DNA from: Amoebophrya sp. A120
Taxonomy: Eukaryota; Protista; Dinoflagellata
Direction: 5' to 3'
Assembly: GCA_905178155.1 (NCBI GenBank)
Contig: CAJINV010000002.1
Location: 4,769,709 to 4,833,708 of the forward strand
Length of the DNA: 64,000 nt
Shown: piece after piece, positions 12,811-24,505 of the stretch
Position numbering within the stretch: position 1 is the first letter of the stretch
How the letters are laid out: every line of letters starts with the position of its first letter
Notes under the pieces: model-generated
What the model was told of the DNA's origin: nothing
What the model saw: only the letters and a program-made list of their open reading frames with translations
Database searches by the model: none
Made by a program: the position numbers and the translations under genes

Positions 12811-13619
12811 GGCAGCAGTACGTAGGGCAAGAACCGCAACCAAGAAGTATAAATGTGTTTTTTTCCGGACATGCACATGTTTGATGCACACTGGAACAAA
12901 AGAAAAGCCCTTCGCAGACACACCCGCAGATCTGCGCAGTTCCTCTGCGACGCCTCAGCGGAAGCATTAGCGCGAGCTCGTTTACTTTCTTTGTTTCTGT
13001 TCTTCCTCTTCGCGTTGTCGCTGGCCCGCTGACATAAGGTAAGGCGAAACAAACTGTGGTAGTCATTCAATGAATCGCTCGCGGTTAAGAGTGAAGACAG
13101 TTCGAGAAGGTTCTGCGTTTTCGGCCACAGTTTTGTCTGCACAAGCAGAGAGGACAGGGGACTTCAGACTTCTATGTAAAATAATTGTGGTGAAGTGTCA
13201 AGGAAAAAGGAAACAAAACAAAAAAGGGCATAGAGATTAGTAGTAATGTTGAAGCGAAAGGCATTGCCACAATCCTTCCACTTGTACAAGAACAGGAAGT
13301 AAGTTTACTATAATTGACTACCATGATCATCTTGTTACTTAGAAACATTTTAAACGATTTGGAAAACTTCCATTTTTCGCGAAGACGAAAAGAGGGGAGA
13401 GAGTAGTTGATTTTATGCTGTTTATTGTGTCAAACTATGCATAGATAGGTATGCGCTTCGCTTTGACCACTTGCTCAAAAAATTATTGTTCTATCTTTCA
13501 AAACTTTCCCCACCTCCCTTCTTGGGTACACTTCTTGCTGATTGCCGATCTGGTCCGAGGACGACGCACAATTTCATCTTCTTCAGCCTGAAGCGACTCT
13601 CTTAGTTACTTACTTCTTG

Positions 13620-14252
13620 TTAGCGTCGTAGCCACTGGTAAAAAAGCTGCTGATTCGAATTCTTAATATCTGGATGTTGTGAAACTAATTTTGTAAATAA
13701 TTCCTTTTTCTGGCCGTTCGCTAGTGGAGGCGAAATGTTCCAAAGATAGTCGAGATCTTGCCTCCCTTCTTTGGAAATGAGATCAAGAGATACCTGCCGT
13801 TGCCGTGCCGTCGCTTCGCATGCTCTGCGAACGGTATCCGTTGCCTCGCCGAGTGCCTGGAGCGCTTGCAGTTTTATCTCTCCACTTGGGAAACACAATG
13901 CGGAATCAGCCCCCTCGTTCCGTTGCGCACGAAATGTCACGAAGGGTAAACCAGGGTCGTCACAGAGCTTATCAGACTCGTGCGTGTCGTAGGCAAAGTT
14001 CACTACGGCGGTGCCATCATCGCGACCCGTCCCTGGCCGACGTGACGGCAACCAAACGAAAATTTCTGCTATAGCTAGTGCAAGCGTCGTAATTGCTGGA
14101 TTCTGATTCACCGGACCACTTCTAGCGGAGTACTGTGCAAATAGGTCGAGGGGGACAAATTGCAAAAGCCAGAAGCTGACGCGCTTTACCGAAGTCGGAT
14201 GCAACTCATTTCTCTCGTCATAGAAAGGTTTGGGCTGCGAAATTTTCAACAA
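13620..14252 (-). CDS. Hypothetical protein (probably a terminal exon)
   Basis: 210-aa ORF with globular composition on the same strand as its neighbours; no motif recognised. Confidence 0.45.
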   Translation of the reverse strand: MLKISQPKPFYDERNELHPTSVKRVSFWLLQFVPLDLFAQYSARSGPVNQNPAITTLALAIAEIFVWLPSRRPGTGRDDGTAVVNFAYDTHESDKLCDDPGLPFVTFRAQRNEGADSALCFPSGEIKLQALQALGEATDTVRRACEATARQRQVSLDLISKEGRQDLDYLWNISPPLANGQKKELFTKLVSQHPDIKNSNQQLFYQWLRR

Positions 14253-14897
14253 TTTGCAAACACGAGCCTGCCTGGGTTCTCAGGTGGATTAGCCCCAGTA
14301 GTTGCAACCCACTACTTACTTTCTTTAGAAGACCCTATCGATCTGTACTATTTGATTTTTTCAGCGCTTCATTCTCATAGCAAAGCGTGCACCCTAACCC
14401 TTGTTGAGCTGATATCTTACCACTAGGAGCCGCCTAAGCGAAGGTAATGATGCCGCGGCGGCTCTTGTTTGGAGGTATTAGCGCTCTCGGGCATTCCAGC
14501 GAAGCGAAGTCGTCAGAACAATCTATTCACTCTGTCTGGAATACCTGCCGGGCACAAAAATAATTGCATCGACGAGGGGGATTCAATTCTACGAACGCCA
14601 GCAATTTTTGTAGCCAGCCAAGATGCCGCTTGGGGTCACGCCAATCCGCGCCTTTGATTGGCAGCTGGGGCTTGGTACGGCTGCCTCCCAATCAAGATCG
14701 CAGCTAGTAAAGCTCGCCAACTGTCTGAATCCAAATTGGAACCCTCCCCCACATGCTATAGCCGCGCCTGGGGGGCATTGCCAGGGACACCCGCTTGGGC
14801 GCGTAAATTAATTCGGGTCAATAGCCTGCAGGCTGGGTGGTGTTTCGATACACACGAGTGCATTCTCTTTTTTGCTGGATTATGTTAGCAAACCCGC

Positions 14898-16868
14898 CTA
14901 GCGGATTTTGCAATCTGTCCTTTCATAAACGTAATTCTCGATACTGGTTTGGCGAGTAGCTGCAGCTCGATGTTGATTTTGCAGATTTCTCGAAGCCGTT
15001 GTTCCTCCTGATGACGAGTCGCTCGGTGAGACGTCGTAGCTCCGACAATGAGGACTGATCAGCGTTCGTCTATGTCTCTCGCATATGTCAGGCGTGCTTT
15101 GAACCCAGGTGACCGCTTGTGCCAGCGTAAAGCCTTTCAGGTGAACCGACGAGCTTCGACCATGTATTGAGGGGAGCACACCACTCGGACCGCAAGCAAT
15201 TTTCACTGGCTGTACCGCATCGGAACTTTTATTGCGCTTCCACCTGTAAACGCACAACTTTCCTTCGTTCTTGGCTATAGCGAGGTGTTCGTCTGGTTTT
15301 TCTCCTTCTGTGGCAACATGCCAAAACCAGGGGCTCCCAGGTGCATGAGCATGTAAACGCTCGTTGATGAAGGCATAAAGCGCTGGGCGAACCTGTCGAT
15401 GGTACTGCTCGTTCCTGGTTGTGATATCATTTACAAACTGGTCACTGTCCCCGAAGTGCGTGTTTAGGGAACGAGCTATCCTCTGGGCATAGGAGTCCGC
15501 GCCGGCGAAGCTGTCGTCACCGTTGGAATTGTTCCAGTCTCGAGTCAAGCCACCAACAACCGTGGAAGCCACTTGAGTAATATGCGCCTCTGCAGCATTT
15601 CGGAACACATGCCCGGGAAGACTTGCGAGCACGAGATTGAAGTCTGTGCCGCCCCGCCGCGACGACGGCACTGTGAATACATTACTATCGCTTAGCGGAA
15701 TCGCTCCGTGGACATCGAAAAAGTACGCACCACAAAGCGGGTGCGTCGGGTCAAGCTCCACTAACTCCTGTGCTTGTTTCTCGAATAACACATTTTCAAA
15801 CCACACTTCGTGGGAATTCTTCGGCAGAAACTGCTCTAAGCACCCCCCTTCCGGGCAATTAGTCAAGCCGCCCATCAAACCTTCTCCACCCTGCTGTGCA
15901 CCAAGCTGAAACATGGAGGATTCTGCAGCAACGCTCGTGATCCCCATACCACCTGTTTGCCTGCCAGTCACATCTGTCCCTATCTTCGCACCATTGGCTA
16001 GTATCAGCGAGCCCCCTGCTTGAGCAGTGTCTTTCACTGTTCGTGACAAAGGATCCAGCTCAAGCGAGGCAGCGGAGAACTGCACACTTGTGCGCTCTTG
16101 TGACGTCGTCCAGGCAGCAATCTGGTTTAGGAGTAAGTTAGCATTCAAGGAATACAATGTCTGTGAAGATTGTTGCAATTGCATGATTATGTTTTACGAT
16201 ACTTGTTACTGGCACTTCATTGATGGCGCAAGATCAAGAAAGGAACAACCAAAAAGAAGCATCGCGGTCCAAACCTGAGGCCAGCCGGCAGTGCATCTCC
16301 AGACCAAAAAGCTGACGCTCCCCGTGGCGACCACCAGCACCCCGGACAGTACTAGAATCCGCTTTGGCGTTGCAGAACGCGTTCCCTCCGGTTCGGCGCG
16401 CTTCGACGCCGATCTCGACGGGGTCGCAGGTTCATTGGAGGGGAAAATGCCATTGGATTGGCTCGCCTCATTCCCGGAGTCCTCGCCCGGCCGCGATGTC
16501 GAGACCAAAGTGGTTTTGCTGGTGCTGCTGTTGTCCTCTTTGTCGGGCAAACAACTAGTGGTCGAATTATTTTCTTGCGGAACAAGGAGAGCGGACCTGA
16601 TCTGTTCAAAGTCGCCGTTCTTGTCTTCTCCCGCAGAAAGGACGCACTTGCTTGACGTTGAGGAAGACAAAGATTTGCTGTTGCTCTCGCTCTCCTCTTC
16701 TTTTTGCATCGCATGAGTTTGCGTGGTCGGTGCCTTGTCTACTGAAGATGTTTGCCAGAAAAGTCGGCTCCAGAGAGAGCTCCTCCCACACACTTGCTCT
16801 TGGTGTTCGCGCTCCGGACGATTTTGCGAAAGCGAATGGTGCTGCGACAATTGCTTTTCCGTCATCAA
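14898..16868 (-). CDS. Hypothetical single-pass membrane protein
   Basis: ORF 16206-16868 ends in a hydrophobic segment (ILVLSGVLVVATGSVSFLVW). A 114-nt GT-AG intron (16161-16274) joins it in frame to the 428-aa ORF (WPQ/TLYSLN). Confidence 0.65.
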
Positions 16869-17140
16869 GCCTCGCCATTTGGCAGCGAGGAGGATTGTGT
16901 TCTCATCTTCCTCGTCTTTCGTCTAGAGCAGAAAATTGCAGCGCTAGTATTGGTACACACACTATGCATAGAAGCGTCTAGTAAAGTATATATTTTGAAC
17001 TCCATTGTCATCTTCTGTTCCCACATGCATTCTGCCTACTTAGTCCGGTGACTACTTTTGTTCTTTTTCTTTGCAGCCATCGAAAAACCCCAGTGGGCTC
17101 TCTAGTACGCAATGGATTGATGCCAAGACATTCCTGACTC

Positions 17141-18044
17141 TCAATCTGAAAGCGCATCCGCATCCATCTTCGAGAAGAATGGCACTTTTTCCTTCGTATC
17201 CAATGGCACTTTTTCCTTCGCATCCAGCTTCGAGAAGAATGGCACTTTTTCCTTCGACGCATTATGCGTCGAGAAAATGCAACGAAAAATAAATCTGCAT
17301 GGCGAGTACGGAACTTGTCAAGACGTATCAACATGGGCACCCACTAACGCCAAGTTTTGTCATTTTTTGATACTCCGTGTCGGTAATTTTGTTCGCATGC
17401 TCGTCAGAGTCTTCGTCAGGAACCGGAGCGGGCAGAGCGGGCGTGTTCCGCATCGAACGAGAGCCGGACTGTGTTTCACTGGCGTTGGTCTTCTTCTTGC
17501 AGCCAGAATTTTTATTTTTGCCCTCTTTTGGTTCTGCTGCAGGAATGCTTTTGGGATGCTTCAAAACAGGACTAGTGGCGCAGGATGCGATGGTAGTTTG
17601 ATTCTTCTCTGGCCCGCGCTCCTTCGTTGCCGCTTTTGCGCGTGCGGCAATTCTGATGTTTTTTTTACGCGCCGAGCTTGTCGATAGTCCGGATGGATTC
17701 GCCTTGGCTTTACTCACGCTAGAACTGCTCGCAGAACTGAGCAGCGTGCTCTTAACGCTCATGCTGTTCATACAGGCAACAGCGGTGTCTGCGAAGTCTT
17801 TCGTAGGCTTCCCGCCAATATCTTGAACCCGCATGCTAGCTTTTCCTGCTCCTGGTCGTGGTGGACCATTTTGCGCGGCCATGTTCCGAATTTTCGGTGG
17901 AACACCTACTCGTCCGGCTTGGATTTTCATCTTTTCGACCTCATTTCCAGCCTGCTCCGTACGCCTTACTTGCGGTTGCGGTGCTGGCTGGAGAGTGTCA
18001 AGCGTGTCTTTCTTCTTCCGCGGGGCTTGCGTTGCAGGTGGCAT
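17141..18044 (-). CDS. Lys/Ala/Ser-rich hypothetical protein
   Basis: 238-aa ORF 17328-18044; probable last exon reads KEKVPFFSKLDAKEKVPLDTKEKVPFFSKMD. Confidence 0.5.
17160..17257. repeat. Short tandem repeat with core aatggcactttttccttcg x3
   Basis: Three copies directly visible, with 24-nt and 36-nt units. Confidence 0.9.
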
Positions 18045-18604
18045 CTTCGTGGTGCGGCGGGTGGTGGCACTTAGGCTGGAGAAGATGATGAAGTCTGGAA
18101 TCCTTTCCTGATCTTCTCAGAGACCTACGTACAGTTGGTTGCTACCTGGTGCAGAGATAAAAAGTTATACTTGTAGCTGTGACGAAGTAAACGTAACAAA
18201 TCAAATTTTGTTCGGGGTTGTACCGTGGAGCGACAAGCCTTCGGTGCGAACGGGGAGGCGCAACGCACTAAGGGGTTTTTGCTTTTGGTACTGCGTTACC
18301 ATTTCTTGATAATGATAAATTCCTGAAAGAGATTGCAAGAAAAGTTGGTAGCCACGCCGCGAAGAAGCCCAACACTTCCTTGAATTCAAGACCGAGCTGT
18401 CTCACCACGACGAAGTAGTAGTAAAGGTAAACCCAAAACAAAGACATTTCTTCCCGCTAAAGACGGAGCAGATCACTAGCAGGGGCCGAAAGCTAGGAAG
18501 ATGAGGATGACCGGTACGAACGCAAACCGAAAGAGCAAAATAAGTAACTTGACCACTTCGCTAGTACGGAACGCCATGACAAGTTCAAAGTCAAGGAGAA
18601 GCGA

Positions 18605-20220
18605 ACGACTCTACACATGACCTGCAATCAGTACGAGAAATTTGGACGAACCGACACACTCACTGCTGTCATTCTTATCTTTTACCGGCACGATGACGAA
18701 GATGATTCGCTTGCAAAAGCAAATGGGCCCTCTCTACATACAATCATGACGCTCCATTGCCGAAAGCCAAAGCAGGTGGATATGCAAACCGAGACACGAA
18801 AGGCTGGAAAAACCGATATCTATCGAAGAGCTGAAGGCTGTATCAACGAAAAGAAAGACAGTGCAACAGCGGCTTTCTTGACGACAAGAAAAATAGCGCT
18901 AAGTTGGAACTGCAGTGGGGGCTAAAGCTGGGTTAAGAACACACACCACACGAGGACTGGCTTCGGTCTTGTGGTCGACCCGTTCCTAATCTAGGCTGCA
19001 GTTCCGCGACGATAGTTTAGACTTTAGAATTTCACCAGTTCCAAGGAATAAAAACGCTCCATCTCCTGGTCCTGCTACTCCTTTTCTGTAATGTCAAAAA
19101 AGACTACATGATAACGCCAACTTCCACAGCGAGCTGTAGCTAATGCTTCCACTTGATGCGCTTGCTCGCACCAGTCGAAGTCGAACTGCGGGAGTAGAAG
19201 TGCAAGAACATCACAAAGTTTCCGTTCGAAAATCCGCAGCTTGCATCGACCTCGTCCTGATCGGAACCCATCCATCATGACCTCGTAGCTGACGGCAAGA
19301 GGAAAGTCTCCTGCTCCGTTCGAGACCAGACAGGAACGGTTTCGACCAAAAGTAAAATTTTACACGTAGGATCATTCCAGCGCAGGCCGTGCTTCTTATT
19401 CTTAACCTTCAGATGTATACTTTCGCTTTGTTTATATTTCTCTCTCCAGGTCGAAGAAAGAAGGCAAACGGCAAAGCAGTCCATAGCCATTCCGGCCCCG
19501 AACAGGGCAAAAATCAACAGCGACTTCCCACACCACAAATCAAGCGTCGAGCGTAATTACTTCGCTTTCACAAAGTCATATCCCAGCGCAGAAGCGGATC
19601 AGTCTGCTTTCCTTCTTGTCCTTATCGCTATCGATCCTTCGCGTTCTTCTTCTTGTTGACACTGGCACCAGCTAAGTACTTTTGGTACTTACGTACTGAT
19701 ACTTTACCTTCGCAATATGTAGTCCACGTGGTTTTTATCCCTCTCCGGCACAGCAGGCTCTGCACCTTCTCCATAATAATCTCCGTCTTCCCTTCCTTTC
19801 AGCGGAACCCAAACCAGCTTGATGCGCTCTCGTTCCTGGGGTGACAATTGCCGGCTGCATTGCCGTAAAACGCGCAGGTTGTCATCAAGAAGAAAGATTC
19901 TATTTCCACAGGGCCGTGAAGGTGAGATTGAGGCTGAAAGTCCGGTGGAGTCTGCGCTTCTTGTCAACGACGCAATCCCGGTGTTCTTTCCCTCACCGCA
20001 GGTACCGGTCTCCTGCCTCCTTGAACGTCGAGATCGCGAACGCTTCCGAGCTTGTGGTCGTCCACAGTTTGTAGTTCCAGTTTCAGGAACAGCGACAGGC
20101 ACCGCCGGGGCAACCGAGTCGGAGTCACGAATCTTGGGGTTCATTACCTTCTTGCAACTAGAAAGTCTTGGTCGTCGAGAAGTCCCGTCCAAGAACTGGC
20201 GTAGAACCTCGAATTCCGAG
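18605..20220 (-). pseudogene. Partial duplicate of the HAD gene 3' half and downstream region, fused to unrelated sequence
   Basis: Near-identical C-terminus (GNRIFLLDDNLRVL...DYILRR) to ORF 27060-28064, but the DxD motif I is absent. Patchy homology continues to about 18605 versus 26325. Confidence 0.7.
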
Positions 20221-21033
20221 TCGTCCCCGTCGTCGGACATAATGTAGCTGTCGTCCGACATCTTGGCCAGCAAAGAGGAGCTGCTCTCCAGACGAGGTAT
20301 GGCTTGCTCTAGTAGCAGTTGCCCTAGATGACACGAAACGGGCGCATGGTCATGTTGCTCCAGAGATAACGACAATTGTGATAGCACAACTGCTGTCTTA
20401 GGTGGTGCCACAAAAACATAGAAATCACACCGTGACGGAAGAGATAAAACAATTCGCCCTTCGTTTTTGCGGAAAAAACACCTCGACCGCTTTGCTGTGC
20501 GAAATCCTCTCTCGGTTTTGCGCGGATTGTGAGGGGGAAAAACGTTTTGCATTTGCGCCGTAAATGTTGTTGAAATTCTTGTTCTCGTCTCTGGTGATCT
20601 CTCCTGATAGATTCTGTGGAAAAATATGAACTTCCACTCCCGATCGTGATCTCTCGGACACAGCAGCAGAGCTGATGTCCGTACAGGTTCATCACTGTGC
20701 CTGCGCCGCGGACAGAACGGATCTGAACGCGGATCCTCCTGACATGTTCCGTAGGACACCCCTCTGCGCTCGTTCGTACTACCCAACAATCGTGGCTGGG
20801 AGAGAGTATGCAACACGGACCCCCCCTTACCACATCCGTTCTGCCGCACTGCGGGTGAAACTGAAACTACAGGCCGATGCACTCAAATTGAATCTCTCAT
20901 ATGAATGGCGCTTACCCGCTGCCTTTTTCTTAGTTGCACTAATTACATGTCGTTCCCTGCACTATGCTAGGATTGAGACTGAAGATGGAGACTTCATGAA
21001 GGCTTCGCCACTTCTTCTTCCTAGAAGTGTCAA

Positions 21034-21077
21034 TCTCTCTCTTTCTCTCTCTCTCTCTCTCTCGCTCTCTCTCTCTC
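21034..21077. repeat. (TC)n microsatellite
   Basis: Imperfect tctctc run of about 44 nt. Confidence 0.95.
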
Positions 21078-22599
21078 CCTTCCCGGTCACAGATTCCTAA
21101 CGACCGAGATAAAAAAACTGGCCATTTAGCTGCCTCCTCAGATCTGCACAACTACATTCAATAAATTGCAAAAGCAGACAGTTGCCTATCCCCAATTCGA
21201 CTATTGAATCAGGAACACACCGGGTCTAAATGTAAATCCGTGAGCTCAAAGAGCCAACGAGGCGCGTCTTCCACACCTGCGCAGCGGATGATGAGAATCG
21301 GTAATGAAATACAGTTCGTAGTGGAAAATATCCATGTCGATGTTTTGAAAAATTCAAGAAAGAGAACAAGAAAGGCGAGGGCCGGAGTAAGTGAGACTAG
21401 TGATGGGAGTGGTGCGAGAAAAGTCCTCATTGATTTATCGATATTGCGAGCTTCTTTAAGTCCTACAAAAACAAAAAGTCAACATGATATGAAAAATGAA
21501 AATAAAAAAGGAAAGCAATTTGATACGTGCACGCCTCTACTTTAGGTGAGCGAAATGCTGTGAACATGTGAAAAGCCGAAAGGCGGAGCACCCGCGGAGC
21601 TTACTTCAATCTCCGACCAGATGCCTAATCCCTACTTCGTCTCCGGCGTTGCAAAATCATGTTGAACAGAAGAACAATACTGAGCCTGACCACAGGCTGC
21701 TAGTGGCTTAATAAAAATATTGATATTATACAAACGCCACCAAGCGCCGTGATCAAATCGATTGCTTCACTCCCGCCTTGCTTTGTCACCTAAATCTTCT
21801 GAAGGTGCAAGTTAGAATTAAGTTTACAGCCGCAAGAAATACATATAGATACTCTGACTCTGTTCTGCTCCTGCACTAAATTACAGCATCGAACACTATT
21901 GGGGGTGCCAAAGTGTTGCACTGTAAGAACCACCTCGCAAGAGAAAAAAAAATAATATGAAGCGAAAAAAGGAGAAAAGTCAAATACGTGATTGATAAAG
22001 CAAAATGTAAAGGAGTTTGTTAAAGAGCAAAAAACGTTTGAACGAAGTGCGCAAGAAAGACAAAGATATCGAGATAGATTGGGCGCATTATCGGTTTCGG
22101 TGCTAGAAAGAGATGAAGAATCCTTTGTCGTCATTACTATTACGCGGCTCTTTAAGTATAAGTGGTAAAAAAAAAAAAATTGCCTAGTGAAGTTTCTCCG
22201 GTGAGTCTTGTAGCACTTTGTTTAAGTATATAATAGTATGTGAAAACGACCGGAACGGGAGGGAGGACAAAAAAAAAAAAAATGCATTTAGAAAACAATA
22301 AGTACGGAGCAACTCACAGATGAAGCGCGCGCCGTTGAGGACCATCTTCGCCGCGGCTCATTCATTTCATCTCGAAAAACTAACCTACGCCAGCCTTCTC
22401 AAAATGTAGCAGATGTCGGCACACAGCAAATGCGTGTCGGGACAATCAACAAGACAGCAGGTTGCATGCGCTCAGACATACACCACAGGGTGTCTGCTTG
22501 CGGTCGACGGTGTCGCAGAGAAGATCGACTCTTGAAACAGACTGAGAAAGCTGCGGCCGCCGGCTTCCTGCGGCAAAGTCATTGCCGAAAACACGTGGA

Positions 22600-23317
22600 C
22601 AGCGCCGGGCGGCGGCGGCGGGCCACCCCCCTGTAAATGCTGGCGGGCATAGGCAGGATCATCCCCCAGAGGGTGGCCCCCCTCAAGATGCAGGGGGAAG
22701 GGGGGGAGGGGTTATGGATGGACCGGGGGGGCAGGCAGGGGGTAGCAAGCGAGCGAGGCCGGGGGCAGGCAGTCAGGCTGGGGCAAGGCAGCCAGGCCCG
22801 GGGCCGGCGGAAGGGAGCCGGGGGGCACACCGGGGACAGGGCGGGGCAGGCCGCGCCGCCTTGCTTTCTCGGTGCCCCGAGGCACGCAGGGCGCGGCGGG
22901 GCGCTGTTGGTATTTGCTGCGAGGCCTCCCAATGGGTTTCCTGGCCGTCTGAAGATCTGTCGGGGCCGGGCAGCTACCCAAAAAAGTTCGGAAGCGCCGG
23001 GCGCCCCGAGCCAACACAGGCGGCGCAGTGTGGCTCACGCACCCTCCCACCCCGGGCGAGGTCACGGCAAACGGCCCAGGGGGGAACCCGGCCGGGCGGG
23101 AGGGGGGCGGGGAGGTCCAGGGGCGGGTGCACGCGCGCAGAGAGGACGAGGTCGCCGGGGCAAAACCCCCCAAAGAGCAAGGAGGCGCAAACAGGAGCCG
23201 TCTGGGGCGGCTGTCGCGCCGGCGCCGTCGCGGCGGCTGGCCTAGACGACACCACCGAAGCCCTAAATCTTGAGGGGGGTGATCTTGGAATCTCGAGGGG
23301 GTGATCTTCATTTGATA
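22600..23317. mobile_element. GC-rich insertion with subterminal inverted repeats (candidate long introner)
   Basis: Abrupt shift to very high GC with G-runs. cccccctcaagat (22677) is inverted to atcttgagggggg (23267), and gatcatcccc is similar to the inverse of gggggtgatc x2. Right end tttgata at 23317; left end and TSD not resolved. Confidence 0.5.
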
Positions 23318-24505
23318 CGTCGGCGCCTCCGTCCGTTTTGGGTAGTCCAGGAAATAAAGAGAGCGGACCTCCGGGCGCGTGCCTCCGCGCGAGGGCCGAA
23401 ATAAAGACCATGATGATTGACCATTTTCATATTCGTCTTCGCCATACGCAATATAAGGTGGATCCCGATTCGAAGGAAAGATGGCCACATGTTCCGTTGC
23501 TGGGTTTTGCTCCACCGCTGTCGCCACGTAGAACTCTTTGTGGTGGCTGATGCTGCCATCGGAGCGTCTCTTAGTTGTCAGTATTGTGTTCGGTTCCACC
23601 CGCTTGTTGATGAACAGCGCCTTTGGATAGTTTCTGGGGACGGCGTCGTGAGAAACAGCGAAACGCAAACTCTCTCGAAACGGTTGAGGAGCTTCCGACT
23701 TGCAGCAGACATTGTCGTCAAAAGGTTCCTCGATTTTGTACAGAGCTTCCTCGTCGAGGGTGAAAACTTTAAAGTACACATCGGCAGCATTGTCCTGCTC
23801 GACAAAGTTCTCGGGCGGTACGCCGTTTGAGTTTGATGTCGTCGTAAAGTACAGTATGTCGTGCTGAGCAGCGTGGTGTCCGGCTGGGATCTGCAGAAAC
23901 ATCGAGATGTCGTTGTCGCAGTGCAAAACTCGATAGAGCCGGTACACCTGCACTGTAGTAGACGCGTGCGGCTTCGTTGGAGTTTGCCGATCAGAGCCCT
24001 TTCGACCATACACGTCGAAGTTGTTTTGCACGTCCGTTTTTGTGGCGGTTTTGTCGTCTCCCGTGTCGAAGATCTTCTTTGGCGGGATGGCCGCCTGCAT
24101 CCGCTCGTGCTGGCGTTGCTTTTCAACAAAGGCCGCAGACGCCCCAGCGGACGAAGCAAGCAGGCCGGGCCGTTCCCGTTGCACTTCATCACCCGCCTGC
24201 ATCACGCCAGCAGTAGCTTTGCGATGCTCAGAGAGATTGACGGACTCGGCTTCGAGAATGCAGAAACAGCCAACCGACGCGGATAGAAAATACTTGGCGC
24301 CACGACCTGCCATTCTCCTTTGCAGGTTCTGGTGAATGTGGCTAATGAAGGCCTTTATTTTCGTCTCTTTGCAAGTTTGAAAACCGGATGCCGTGCCGAG
24401 TTTGCGACACTGAACTTCTTGTTCCAACAACTTGCGAGAAACTAGAGCAGATGGCTGCAAGCCCGAATGTTCCTCGTCCGGCTCGTTCGGGTTGTCCTTG
24501 TACAA
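23318..24505 (-). CDS. Hypothetical protein (internal exon; upstream exons probably 24590-25960)
   Basis: About 395 codons of globular-looking sequence within ORF 22712-24505; the remainder is read-through into the GC-rich element. Confidence 0.6.

Noticed and set aside
14469-14888. Two in-frame plus-strand ORFs separated by one TGA, with a nearby hairpin
   Set aside because: No recognisable protein, opposite to local gene orientation, non-ATG starts
17160-17257. Possible mini CRISPR array
   Set aside because: Only three units, spacers of 5-17 nt that are themselves repeated, in-frame coding repeat, no cas genes, eukaryotic context
22582-23304. Plus-strand ORFs of 240 and 202 aa
   Set aside because: Gly/Arg/Ala-rich artefacts of the GC-rich insertion
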